From contig NC_059436.1 of assembly GCF_021028975.2 (NCBI RefSeq), positions 38,812,001 through 38,876,000 on the forward strand: a stretch of 64,000 nt of DNA. The letters are read 5' to 3'. The translations under genes were made by a program, and so were the position numbers. This DNA is from Sphaerodactylus townsendi (Eukaryota). Below the pieces are notes generated by a model, which saw only the letters and a list, made by a program, of their open reading frames with translations, was not told the origin of the DNA and searched no databases. Below, in pieces: positions 51,222 to 63,706 of this stretch (its first letter is position 1; each line of letters begins with the position of its first letter).

Positions 51222-52977
51222 CTGCAGTTCAAAGGAACAGGAAGTACTTTGAATGCTTTTTAACAGCATTCTGGAGAGGAGTTCTTTTGCTGGGAGACTG
51301 TGCAACTGTCAAATGTTTGGAGAACAGAGTAGGGACCCCATAAAGTCACATTCTTCCTGCTGTCCATTCTCTCGTGCTCCCTCTTCTGCTGATTCAGCAA
51401 ACATGGGAGGGTGCAGGAATGCCTCGATTTCATTGCAATGTAAATGTAAAGAGACAGTTGCATCGAGAGTGCTGTGTTTGCCACCTGACATTGGCAATGC
51501 AATCCATCACCTCTAACCAAGTAAATTTCTCAAGGCACACAGGTGATCAACCACTAAGCCTAGGAAGGCAAACATCCCTTTTAGATCTTCATTCTGATCG
51601 CTTTTGCCCAAGGAAGGCTTCCTGTGCATCTTTCCAAAGCCTGCTTCTAAACATGCATGAAGTATTCTACCCAGACAAGCTCCAAGTTAACAAGACAGAC
51701 ACTAGTTTGAAAATCGGGAGACCCATCAGTCACCCTCTGGGCTGATCCTCAAACTTGCTCTTTCCCGTAGGAATGAGCTATACAGGTCAGCATTAGAGCA
51801 TGTGCTTTAGATGCAGGTCTTGGGGTCATCCTCGCTTCAAGGAACCTGGGGCCTGAGACCTTGGAGAGCTGCTACCCCACAAGAGTATGTGGACTAGATG
51901 AAGGGGGCTTTGAACTAGGTTCTCAGTAACATGGTCTCTTAGAAAATGTTGAAGCAGGGGTATGAACAAGGATATCTCTTGTGGCAATCACACTTCCCTG
52001 AAAGAAGACTGCACACCATTACGGAAGTTACCCCACAGTCACAAGGCACACATCCCACTGTCCTTTCCACCATGTAATTAGTCCACATTTCCTGCAAGCT
52101 TCCTTATAAAGGCTGAAGGACCACAGGGTGGCACAACTCCTGTGAGGCACTCCCAGGTGAAGACAACAGAGAAACCCTTGCCAGCAGACAATCTAAAGAC
52201 TCAGTTCCTGGAGGTGGCAGCAGACCTGCTCAGGGCCCCAAGAGAACTATGTGGGCACCTTAGAATGCACCTCCAATGGCTAAAGTGATGAAGTTCTGCA
52301 GAAATCCTGGAATGACAGTCTAATTTGGTAGAACGCTGCTTCTTATGTCAAAACTGAATTGCTACCTACGGCAGGCCCTGGAGCCACCTTCTCTGAAACA
52401 CCTTAAAGCCAGAGATGTGCCCAGCAGACAAGGGTCCATTGGCCATTATTTATTGCATGCCAGATCTCTGACATGCAGAGCAACCTCAGCAGCTCCAAAC
52501 TGAATTTCACTATAATTTAAACAGCCTGCTCCCCTGTAGATACCTGTTCCGGGTAGAGAGACTCACCACTATGCTGTCTGGTGGTGGTTGAGCCTAACAA
52601 CCACCTTATCTGATGGGGGAAATCTAGGGGCTTCCTCCTAATGTTCAGGGGCAAAGGCGGGCATTACATGGCACCACATCACTCTTACAAGTGGCCCTTC
52701 GATAGAGCATCTCTAAAAGAACTCCCAGAGATGTCTGACCAACTTCAGATTATAAACGGTATGCTCAATGACTGCTGGTTATAGTTTCTGCATTAGCTGC
52801 TGCTTTTATGACCATTTCTTGAAACATTATTTACTCTTGTTTTCCACTCTTAGTACCAGTTGATTTTACTACTACAGGCTGCTTTGCACATTAGAAAAAA
52901 AGCACAACAGAAATTTTCAAAAATAAACAAACCCAGTTGCTTGCAATGCAGACACATGGCAAAGTTATCTGCCCTAT

Positions 52978-53176
52978 TGGTTCTGGCGCATTTTCCTGGC
53001 TGTGTAGTCGTGGTCCGGTGGATCTCGTTCCTAACGTTTCGCCTGCATCTGTGTCTGGCATTTTCAGAGGTGTATCACAGAGGGAAGTCTGTTACACAGG
53101 ATCCACCAGACCACGGCCACACAGCCCAGAAAACCCACCAGAACCAGTTGAATCCGGTCGTGAAAGCCTTCAACAA
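52978..53176. mobile_element. Penelope-like element in an FBXW2 intron
   Basis: Family match; TSD tatctgcc(c/a)tat (52966-77 and 53177-88). Confidence 0.75.
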
Positions 53177-53220
53177 TATCTGCCATATGTCTGTGCATGA
53201 CCCACTATGCCTATGCCTTA

Positions 53221-53360
53221 GGCTGATTCCGCATGGGCCAAAAACAGTGGTGTGAAAATGGTGTGAAAACAGTATAAACCCTTTTACACCATTTTAAACC
53301 CTTTTACACCATTTTCACACCGTTTTCACACTGCTGTTTTTGGCCCATGCGGAATCACCC
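53221..53360. mobile_element. PIF/Harbinger-type MITE
   Basis: TIR ggctgattccgcatgggcc.../...ggcccatgcggaatcaccc with TTA TSD. Confidence 0.8.
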
Positions 53361-53737
53361 TTAGTTAAAGCTCTGGCTGTTCACATCCTTCCACTCAGAA
53401 ATCATGCTAAGAGCAGTGAATCAGAGTTCCCCCAAGGTTAGGTTGTTCTTACTTTCTAATCCCTGAAGCCAGTGACAAAATGAAAGCATGCTTCCCATTT
53501 TAATCTGGAAAAAGTGTCCCTTTGAGATCAAAAATGTGGCCAACGCTACATGATCCCGGAAGGTAGACCAGCTTTGTTTCCCTCGCACTGCAGAGAGAGG
53601 AGAGGAAACTGAGACTGGGAACAGTATTGTTTCAAAGGCCACCAAGTTGCTGATTGATGTGAGATCTGAATTAGCTATTTCTTGATTCCTAGCTCATACC
53701 CTTAGCCATTGAGCCCAAATTCTTTGAGCATGCCTAC

Positions 53738-54227
53738 CTGTACAAAGAAGTCCGTCTTTATAATAAAGTGCATAAACCCTGGCACTGTGTCCAATTAGCG
53801 AGGAGGTCTCAAAGGCTTCATGGTCCTTCAGTTGCTTCATCCTTAAAATGGCCTTCAAGTACAACTTTTTCCAATGCAAAGCATCCTGGACAGAGTCATC
53901 GATTTGCCAGCCCAAATTCTTACAGGCAGTCTGCCAGACCTCTGTACAGGCACTTATGACCTTGTTCCACTGCTTAGAGACGAGGCAACATGTGAGTAAG
54001 GTCTCAGGGTCAAGCCATTTTAACAAATAAAAACTGAGTTCCAGTGGGAGGAGTTTGAGGAAGTCCCGTTTGAGGAGGGTCTCTAGGTTATTGGAGAGAT
54101 GCCTGAGCTGGACTGCCCCGCTCAAGCCAATCAGGTGATCCAGCGTCTCATTTTTCTGCAAGTCCGTCAGAGAGAGAAACGTAATAGAAATGTTATCAAG
54201 CCATGCTTCAAAGTCCTTTCTCTCCAT
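53738..54227 (-). CDS. FBXW2: FBXW2 coding exon 1 (490 nt; F-box, [10 protein letters not shown]...GLLCTG)
   Basis: Near-identical to the vertebrate FBXW2 N-terminus. Exon acceptor cag|gtaaat at 54247 (20 nt of UTR); donor g|gtaggc. Confidence 0.97.
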
Positions 54228-54710
54228 AAGGTTATGGAAACATTTACCTGCGGTACATCAAAATATGGTATTAGTCTTGTTCAAAATCGAGCACAAGCAT
54301 TAATTTTTTTAATTGCCACACTCATAATCTCTGTTGTGTTTCATGTCACACCCACATCGATAATATTACCTAGCACAATTATAACTTAAAATCAGCAATG
54401 TATAGTTTGCAGGAAAATTGAGCGTATCATGATGGCAATGAGATCTACAATCATGCATGATCACAACAAGAGGTGCTTGTGGAAGTTTGTGCACCAGAGC
54501 AAGTTATTTCGGCTTCCTAAAAATCTCAGATTTCTGTTAAAAATAAAACAAGTTTCCAGCCCTCATTTATAGAGATACTGTCGATATAATTGGTTTTCCT
54601 TCACACCAGGGAGTGTAATTAACTGCATGTTAGTTGCGTACAACTTTAAAATTCAGTCCCCTACCTTTTGTCCCTATATCAGACTTGGATGGGAAAAGAC
54701 ACACACTGAC

Positions 54711-54816
54711 CTTCGATAGTTGTCTGTGTTAGAACGTTCCTCAGCAGGTAGTGGCCAATGTCCTTCTCTCTTCCTGAGGCCCAACAGGGTTTGGGATCCT
54801 GCGGGGGCCATTTCTC
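54711..54816 (-). other. FBXW2: Predicted FBXW2 5'-UTR exon (106 nt) containing a uORF start
   Basis: Minus-strand acceptor ttcttgttgctccgccag| and donor gaag|gtcagt, lying between the promoter and coding exon 1. Confidence 0.65.
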
Positions 54817-55287
54817 CTGGCGGAGCAACAAGAATTGTGAACCAGCGTGACTTACTTCAAGTAAATGTGTATTAGAAATCAGGGCATTAACACTATCTTA
54901 GTACTCAAAGTGTGCTGCTGCTGTACAGGGCTTAGGAGACAAAAAAAGCAACCCCATCATAATTATAGTAACAACACAACAACACCACCACAGTCTATTC
55001 TAAAAAGGTCATTCTAAACTACATAGTTTGGAAAAAAAAGGAAGAACATATAAAACTGGTTCTGACATTTCCTGGTTTTGCCAAAAAGATACAGCAAACC
55101 TCCTTCACCTCTGACGGAGGGAAATATCAAATGCTTGCTGGAAATTAACAACTGTCACGTTTATTTATTTACAATGCACTATTTAAAATGTGTGTCCTTT
55201 TTTTCTTCCACCCAGTTGGACAAGCTGGCTCACACAATAAAACCACTTACATTAAAAAACATGCAGAAGACTAAATAACAAACACCA

Positions 55288-55490
55288 GGGGTGGTGACTC
55301 AGTTGTAGAGCATCTGCTTGGGTAGCAGAAGGTACCACGCTCAATCATTGTCATCTCCAGTTAAAGGATATAACAATAGGTAATGTGAAAGACCTCTGCC
55401 TGAGACCCTGGAGATCCTCTGCCAGTCTGTGTAGGTAAAACTAAGCATGTTGCATGATAGCCTGATTCAGCATAAGGCAGTTTCATGGAC
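55288..55490 (+). mobile_element. Second tRNA-derived SINE family (related copies at ~60830-61010 on -, ~51770-51900, ~46365-46530)
   Basis: Head ggggtggtgactcagttgtagagcatctgcttg and body gagaccctggagatcctctgccagtc. Confidence 0.6.
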
Positions 55491-56619
55491 AGCTTCTCTA
55501 AATAACCCACTAGCTATAACTGTCTCTCAATCAAAGGGCATTTAAAGCTCACTTAAACCATTTGTGGAAATGTTGAAGAGTGCCTTTCTGATCTCACTTT
55601 AGTGAAGGCCACTAAAAATGCATGGCCTCGAGCCAAAGCATTTCCCAGCCATATGCAGAAGAGCAACAGAGACCCACCGGGATGATGACTGGACCCGGTG
55701 AAACCATATGTATAATTATTGAATTCTCTATATCCAGTCATAAGAGCTTCTATTGGAATCATGCTTAGAGGAATTATAACTTATTTAGATCAATATTACA
55801 GTAACAAACTGTTTAAATTAGTATGTTCTATTACTGAAACTTAGAACATATACATTACATGAGCATTAACAGTTCACATTCGGATCTTCAGCTACGTTCC
55901 TCTAGCTGTTCCTTGTGTACTTGTTTATACTGTAAGTCTTTGGGAAGGGTTTCATGGTTTTTATGATAAGTGTTTCCTTTCAGAATGCTTTGCTTTTTCT
56001 GGGATTTGAGTAAAATGTCTACCACTATTGTATTTGGGAGGAGGAATAGGTGAGGGATTAGCAAATAATAAGACATAGGCCAGTAACTGGGTGAGAGCAA
56101 GTAAGGTTCAGATTTTAACCTTGGCTCTTGGAACAGAACCTAGAGAAATGGAAAGAAGAGGGGGTCTGTGATTGACAATAACCCAAAGAAGAGTGAAGTC
56201 CTAAACACCAGATATTGGGAATCATAAACAGGAGAGGGCTATTGCCTTCCTGGCCTGCTTGCAAACTGTCCTAGAGGCATCTGGTTGACTGAGGTCCAAA
56301 ACAGGATAAGGGACTGGGGGCACTTCCATGATCAGAGGTCTCCAATCCCTGATGGCGAAGACCAAATAAGAAGAGGGAGATGTGGCTTTCATTCATGGCT
56401 AGTGTAGAGTCCCCTCTCCCCAGCTTTTCGCAGGATCCTGAAACCAACAGGATGCCGGATTTAACGGCCCTTTAGGCTTGATCCAGCTGGGGTCTTTCTT
56501 GCACTCTCAGCATCCCCCCTAAATAAAGCGCAAAAGTTCTCCTGTCCTCCCCACGCCTTGATTAGGGCCTTATCTCAACCTCCTTCTCTCACCATAGTCC
56601 ACCCAACCCCACCAGGGAC

Positions 56620-57433
56620 TTCTGATCAACTTCCCCAAAGGCCCCGCCCACTAGCCATGGCAGTTGCCCTTGTAAGTCCCGCCCCTCCCTCCACCTCCTC
56701 CCTTGTCTCCTTCTAGCCCACTTTTAGTCTCTCTCTCGGGACTGGGGGGCTCGAACCTTTCGCCGCTACCGCCGCCGGATCCAAGCACAGGCTCTACCCC
56801 GGGCACTTCCGGCGCGAGCACCGAGCGTCATCGCCCACCGCCGGTCTTTCCTTCTGTCGCTCAGTAGAAGGCTCACTTCCGTCCTAATCGAGAAATGACG
56901 TCCTCCATCGCCAATAGAGCACGAAAATAATATCCAGCTATGTTTTTTACGAGGACTGGTCGTCGACATGCTCGAATGGCACATATAACCGGGATTTCCG
57001 AAGGATGTTTAACCGCCGGCTTGTGACGTCACGCTAATCCCTGCTTCCGTCATTAATAAATTAGTTCCGTCATTAATAAATAATAAATAAATTCCGTCAT
57101 TAATAAAACCTCTAGATACTGTTAGCTAGAAGCTAAAGTGGAACACCAGACGGCCTTTAAACCGAAACCGCCAGTGAGGCGCCTTGGCGTTCGAGAGCGG
57201 CTCCGCTTTTCGGATCTCGATGATCTATTCTAGACCTCCAGCCGCAGAGGAGCCCAACGGAAGTAGCCCGGGGGAAAATTTTAGTTGTGGGGTTCCGGTT
57301 CTGGATTGTTTTTGCTCCCCTCCCGCAACGAGGCCGCGGTTCGTTATGTCCGCCCCGCAGCTGATCCTGGAGAGAACTGGTGGCTGTTTCCCACAGAGAG
57401 AAGCGTGGTCCCTGGTCTAAAAGAGAGGGGAAG
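56620..57433. promoter_or_regulatory. CpG-rich bidirectional promoter (FBXW2 on -, divergent gene on +) including both first exons
   Basis: High CpG density. GC boxes (ccccgccc ~56642, ~56677), ETS CACTTCCG(G) (~56804, ~56874), CCAAT 56911, palindromic CRE GTGACGTCAC 57023-57032. Strong + strand donor aag|gtgagt at 57433/57434. Confidence 0.8.
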
Positions 57434-59089
57434 GTGAGTTTGAGTCAGTCCAGACCGCGCAGTCTCTTGCCTGGAGACGTTCATTTCCCCCCCCCCCCCT
57501 CCGCCAAATCCTCTGTCCTTCTGTGTGTGTCTGTGTGTTAGCCTGGGGTAGTCTATAGGGGATTAAGGATTAAAGGGAGAGAGAGGGACACAACTCGAGG
57601 AGGCTAGAGGCAAAACGAGCTGTGAGTTCTGAGTTGTAAGACTCTTTTGGTAAAATTAACTCTAGACTTGATCATGGTACTGTCATTGTGTCTGGACCTA
57701 GCTCCAACTGAGAAGATCCCCACCCCTGTTGTTAGCTGTCATTGGCTAAGACAAAAGGGTGTGAGAGAAGAGACCAGGCATGTCTCCATGTTTCCTGGGT
57801 CCAGCTCCAGCAGAGTCCGGTCCCCCATTTGTCGCGAAGGGAATGGATCCAAGTGCAGCCAGATCTCTCCATCAGGTCTGGGTCGAGCTGCAGTATTGAG
57901 GCCAGGAGGCGAAGATGCAATAACAGGGTAGCTATCATGCATGGACTTAATGCCATCTAGGAGTGCCTTTTCTCCCAGCTGCCAATAAGGTCCTCAAATG
58001 TCGAGAATTCCCCCCCATCTAATATATATTTAATGTGCCGAAATGTGTACACGAAGTACTTAATTGTATGGGGCTGAAATATCATTTGGTAATTGCTGTG
58101 AATCAAATCACTAAATGAAGGGACAGCTAGAGGAACCGGTTTTAAAACTGGCAACCCTAGCTGCCGAATGCCATAGATGTTTAGATTAAACTGTGTGCAA
58201 GCTGCTTTGGGAACCATTTTTTTTAGGAAGGGAGGGGTTGAAAAGTGGAATAGCAAAATATATAGGGCATGCTGATCAAAACTGAATGATGTGAATGGAC
58301 TGTCACTTCAGATTGTTTGGGGATTTTTTGACAGTTTTTCAGTACTTCTTTGTGGGGAGACTTCCTCAAGTTTTTTTTTAAAAAAACAACTCTAGCACAC
58401 AAAGGAGCGAAATGATCTCTCTGCCCTATTTATATTGTGTTTAGAGAAAGGAAGGGGGGTGTTTAAAAATATGACACCCCTTCTTGCAGTATTGTACCAC
58501 TTCAGTCATCTCATTCTGCAGTAGGTATAGACAGTTGGTTAGCTGTTGCTTAATGTCATTTCTCACCTCACACTAATAGTGAATACCGGCTTTTGTTAGG
58601 GCTCTGATCCTTTTGTGGCAGTCTGTCAAACTAAGCCTAATTAAGAGGGAGTGGACCCTCAGGAACAGCCTAGTGGGGATCTGCAGAAGGCAGAGGGGTT
58701 GGTGGAAATTGGTGCAACCTTGTATATGAGTACTTGCTTTTTAAAACCTGCTTTCCTGGAAGTAAGCCCTACTGAGTAGAATTCCTAGTGAACCAGCATA
58801 GGATTGCTCTCCTGAGCACTCTAAAGGCTACCGGATCTTGTATGACATAAGCATTTGTGGACTTGAATCATTGATGTGGATTCTGTACTGGCGCATGCAT
58901 GATAAATGTTTAAATTGTTCTAGTGAAATGTTTTAAAGAGGTTTCCCAGGTAAATATTCCTGTATTGGGATTTTAAAGTGTACTTCTCTGTGAGCCACCC
59001 TGAGCCCATCTTGGGGAGGGGGGGCATATAAATAAAATAATAAATAAAAATAAATGCATACAAAGAAATGCCAAGAGAAACACAAACAC

Positions 59090-60300
59090 TGAATTCCTAA
59101 GATGGGGTTTCTCACAAAGAAAGACATTCGTATTAATCAAAAAACATTTTCTTAACTTGCCTTATCAGCCAAATGTTTCCTTCCAAAGCAACATGTGAAC
59201 TGAAACCCAGTAAAGATATCAATTAAAATATAATTTAAAATGATCTTGGGATGGGTCTTCAGAATGAGATTTGGCGAAGGCAAAAGAAGGGTGCCTATCA
59301 CCTTCCTCTTTTTCCTCTTTTTTTCTGATTCAGATATGACACAATTCTAGAGAACATTAGATAGTTAACAGCAGGGCAAAAAGAGTGTAAGACATAAATT
59401 AAATAATAAATATCATAGATCTTCTTAGACACTAGTATCCCAATGGGCTCTTTTCATAGTGCTTTCCAAATAAATGAGATCTGTCTCAAATTGGGGGTCT
59501 AACTTCTTACTCAAGGGCAGTACCAGTTCAATGCACAGTAGCAGGTGGTGGCTACATGTTCATTCAACCAGTCTTGATGAGAAAAACAACACAAGTCTCT
59601 CTGTATTAAAAGACCCAAGGACCCTTCTGAACAGCTTTAAATCTATTCTAAAGACAGATAACTGATGAAAAGGCCAAATGGTACTTATTGCGCCACGGAA
59701 GATGACCACGGAATATAGATGACCACAGAATTGCTCTTCCTTAGTAAGCAGAAATTTCAAGGAAGGCAGAGAACAGATCATAGTCTTCAAAGATAACAGG
59801 CTTTGCTATACCCACTAACTACTTGGTTTTGTCCCTATAGTGTGATGTTTAGCTTCATCAGTATTATAGAGATAAGAGTTATTAATAACTAATTCCAATT
59901 TGGTAAAAAGCTTCTGTAAAATTTCAGCTGTCAAAAGCGCATGTGAAGGTAAAATCTTCAATTTAAACCAGAGAAAGGAATCTTTAGATTATCGGGAACA
60001 CAACTAGATACACAACCAGCTAAATCAGGGGAAGCAATTTGAGGCAAACCTGATTACAGCTTGGAGCAAGTTTGCTAACCATTTAAAACATCAGATTTGT
60101 TAGAGGTTGGAAAAAGATTGAAGAACTCATCAAGTTTACTGTGCTTTCGTAAAGAGCGATTTTATTCATCAAACGGACATTTGTCTTTTCTTGCCTAATA
60201 AATATAACAAGCATAGTAAACATATGCTTAAAGTCACCTGAACAACTCAATAAGTAAAACTTTAGTAAGTGTCAATTCCAACACGACACAACAATTGTGT
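59090..60300 (-). mobile_element. Possible highly decayed non-LTR retroelement remnant
   Basis: Fragments such as EEQFCGHLYSVVIF and LKLFRRVLG loosely resemble post-RT LINE motifs; many stops. Confidence 0.3.
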
Positions 60301-62695
60301 GTGATACAGGCACAGCTTACAGTGCAATCCGAAGAAGGGGGCAAAACCACTGAGGAGGCAGCGTGACCCCTGCGCCAGCATAAATGCCACTTAGGTCGAC
60401 GCAAAGGGCATTTTTGCTGGTGCAGAGGCAGTTACATCAGTACTGGGGAACCACATGACACCACAGTGCCTGGGTGCCATCCTAGTCACAGTGCCAGTGT
60501 TCTTATAACACAGGAACCAAAGGGGGCATTCCCGTGGGTGGAACTGGCTTTAGTTGGCTTCCTGAGCCTCTCAGGCTGGGAGTGCCCCCATTTGCTGGTG
60601 CACACTTACACCAGCAAAATCAGTAGGGCAGCCCTATGTGCTGCATACTTGGAGGGGGGAAAGGGCAGCACTTTTCTTAGGAGGCAGTGTGACTGCATCA
60701 CCCCCAAGCCATGCCACAGGTACCGCTCCCCCCCCCCACCGGATTGCGCTGCCCACCTTAAATGATTTCTAGCACAACTTTGAGGTTTCCTTGGTTCCCC
60801 TTCTGATGCTTTCCCTCCTTTCCTGGCTTGCTGAATGGGGATTTGGCTCCATGACGGAGGGCCTGTTTTGCATGCAGAGGGACCCATGTTCAATGTCTTG
60901 GATAGCAGGGCTGGGCAAGACCATGCAATCCCTGAGGAGCTGCTGCCAATCAGAATAGACCACTGTGAGCTTGATGAACCAGTCGTCGAATTCAGCATGA
61001 GACAGCTTTGTGTACCCAGTTTGTTAGGAAGGAGTCTGTGTGAAGGACAACTCCCTGAGTATCTGGGGAGCTACCACTAGTCAGAGTGCTGATCTAGATG
61101 GGTCGCTGGCCTGCCTTGGTACAAGTCTGCTTTATATATCCCTTCTGTTGAAATTTCAGAGGGTGCACTTCTGGGGTTTACTTTCTGAATCCTCATCCCC
61201 CCCCCCTTTCATGCATTATATCAATGATTCCCAATATGATGCCTGCTAGCCAGTGTGTTACCTTCTGCTCACTTCTTCACAAAAACAAACAGTCCTGGCT
61301 TTCTTTCATGTCACTAGAGGAGGAGGAGCAGAAGGAGTTGGTTTTAATACCCCACTTTACATTTAAGGAGTCTCCAAGCGGCTTCCCTTCCCCGCTCCAC
61401 ATCAGAACATCGTGAAGCAGATGGGACTGAGGGAGTTCAGAGAGAACTGTGTCTAGCCCATGGGCACCCAGCAGGCTTTGTGTGGAGGAGGGGAAGCAAC
61501 CCCAAAGGTGCTTCAGAAAAGCCCAGGAGATATTGTCTTTGTGTATCCATAAGAAGCCTCCATTTAGAACCAGTTGGCCTGGAATATAACGTTTTGTGGC
61601 ACATCCCAGTATTTAGCAGTTGGTCCCCCCCCACTCCGTAGCAGACCTTTTGTTATGGTTTCCACTTCCCTTTCTCAAAATTCCCAAAGTGTCTTCTGGT
61701 TCAACAACAGCCTTCAGAAACAATCCCATTGTTAAGTTCTGTACAAAACTAATAATTAGAATTAATAAGAAGGAAATATTAAGCTTGCTGGAAGCAAACC
61801 TTCTGAATGCCAGCTCTACTCTTATCCCAGACTGCTGTGTATGTGGCTGTGGGTATTCAGGAGTGAGAGAAAGGCAATGTCCCTGTGTTTCCATGCTGCC
61901 TTCATTATTACTTCATACGATGAGCTGGCTGACATCAAAGTTTGTATGATGCATGTTTTTCCCAGATCACAATGACAAAAACAATGGGAATGCTGTGTTT
62001 TGAGTTCCTGAGTTATATTTGGATCTTGCAATGCCAATGTAATCTGCCCATCCCTTTTCATCCCAAACAGCCTAGAGAGAGGTAGGGTGAGCTGATTACT
62101 TCTGGTTGACCCAAACAAAACTTCGCCATGGGACTTTTCTGGCTTGAGGCAGATGTATACTCACAAGTGGTGTGTAGACAAATATCCTGGACTTACTCCA
62201 GCAAAGTTAATTTTTATCTACATCCATGGAAAAGTTATTCACATGCTTGGATCTGTCTCTCTGAAATTAGCAAGGCTTGGAAGTGTTTCTCTGTAACTTG
62301 ACTATTTGTCTCATTATATGGCAGAGAAAGAATAGTATGGTTTCCTCCTCTCCATTACCTTTCCAAAAGTGTTATAAGGATTGCCCTTTAGTAGTCAAGG
62401 TCTGGTGCAGAAATATCTCAACCTACACCAACACAGCTAGCAGTTACTCAGTTTTGGCTCTAGCACTGATTCGAGGCACACGGAGCCCTTGTGATACAGA
62501 GAGGAGAAACAAAGAAACATGTAGTAAAGCTTATATTTTCTGACTTCACAAGACTTGCTTTCACTTCTGCCTGGAGCTGTTTGCTATCTCTTCCTTCCTT
62601 TTTATCTTTTTAATGACTCAGGGTTAAAGTTCTCGTGGGCCCATTGACAACAGCCCGGGCTGTGCTGCAACACTGCATTCCCGACAACTCGAAAG

Positions 62696-62784
62696 ATGCC
62701 TTCCGAGGAATCCAGCCCTCTTTTGGGCACCAGGCGTGAGCCGACAGAAAGCCAGAGAGTCACTGCACTGGATATTTATCTAAG
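62696..62784 (+). CDS. SLC2A8: Probable first coding exon of SLC2A8 (GLUT8)-like sugar transporter: MPSEESSPLLGTRREPTESQRVTALDIYL(S/R); gene continues beyond the window
   Basis: Exon 62622-62784 is bounded by a long pyrimidine tract + cag| and aag|gtattt. First ATG has A at -3, with in-frame TGA upstream (62645-62647). [DE]xxxLL sorting motif EESSPLL and ...D-x-YL before a phase-2 intron resemble non-mammalian GLUT8 N-termini from memory. Only 29 codons are visible. Confidence 0.55.
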
Positions 62785-63514
62785 GTATTTCCACCTGACT
62801 TTCTGGGAACAGGATGCATTTTCCACTGGTGTATTTGGCAGGTAGTTTTACTGTAAAGAGAATTATGCATTCCTAGTTGTTATCAGCAGGCAAAATTTCA
62901 CTTTGCTTATCCTGTGTGATCCCTAGAAAGGCAAATGTTTGAAGTCAGCATCTCTTAGAATTCTAATAGCTATGAAGTGCCTCCAGTTTTAATTCAGAAA
63001 ACAGCTGTAAAGGTTTTAATTTTTGAGTGAGTGTTGTGCACCTCAAAGAAACCTAAACGGCGTGTGTCTGTGTGAATCACTGATCTTGGTATCTTCCAGT
63101 TAGAGCAAAGAAACTACCTAAAGCAGACTCAATCAGGAAAGTGACAGAAAGGCTCCTCTGAGAGTGGGCTGCTCTGGTGAATGATTGAAACTGCAGGATT
63201 ACCAGCTTCTTGTTGGCAGTTTTTACTTTTAAATCACTGTACAAGCTCACTGAGAGGTTGTTTTTTGGTTCTTGTGCATATCTGTATACATGCTTTTTTC
63301 ACAGTTCCTGCAAACACATATCTTCAGCCTTGTGAAAGATAATTTATGAATCAATGGCTTTATGTCCAGAATAAATCCTGGGACAACAGTTACGCTTTAG
63401 AGTTCTCAAAGATGTCTAACACCATGCCTTAAGAGAAAACGAGTTAAACAAGTTTAAGAAAATCATGTAAGGCTTGTACAATTGTGCTTCTGTTAGATAG
63501 CTGTACCATAAACC

Positions 63515-63706
63515 CAGAGGTGGGATCCAACCAGTTCTCACCACTTCTCTAGAAATGGTTACTAATTTTTTCTGAGTGCCGAGAAGGGGTTACTAAAGCA
63601 ACCTCCCTGCCCAATAGGGACTGGAGGTGCATGTGTGCGGTGGCGCCACTGTTTGAATCCCACCACCATTAGAACCTGTTATTAAAATTTTTGGATCCCA
63701 CCACTG
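63515..63706. mobile_element. hAT-like MITE
   Basis: TIR cagaggtgggatcca/tggatcccaccactg; degenerate 8-bp TSD. Confidence 0.7.

Noticed and set aside
61520-62560. Possible B3GALT9 remnant or endogenous viral fragment (e.g. RQMYTHKWC)
   Set aside because: Only fleeting similarity and many stops in the frames I read, with no coherent motif series. A tBLASTx search would be needed.
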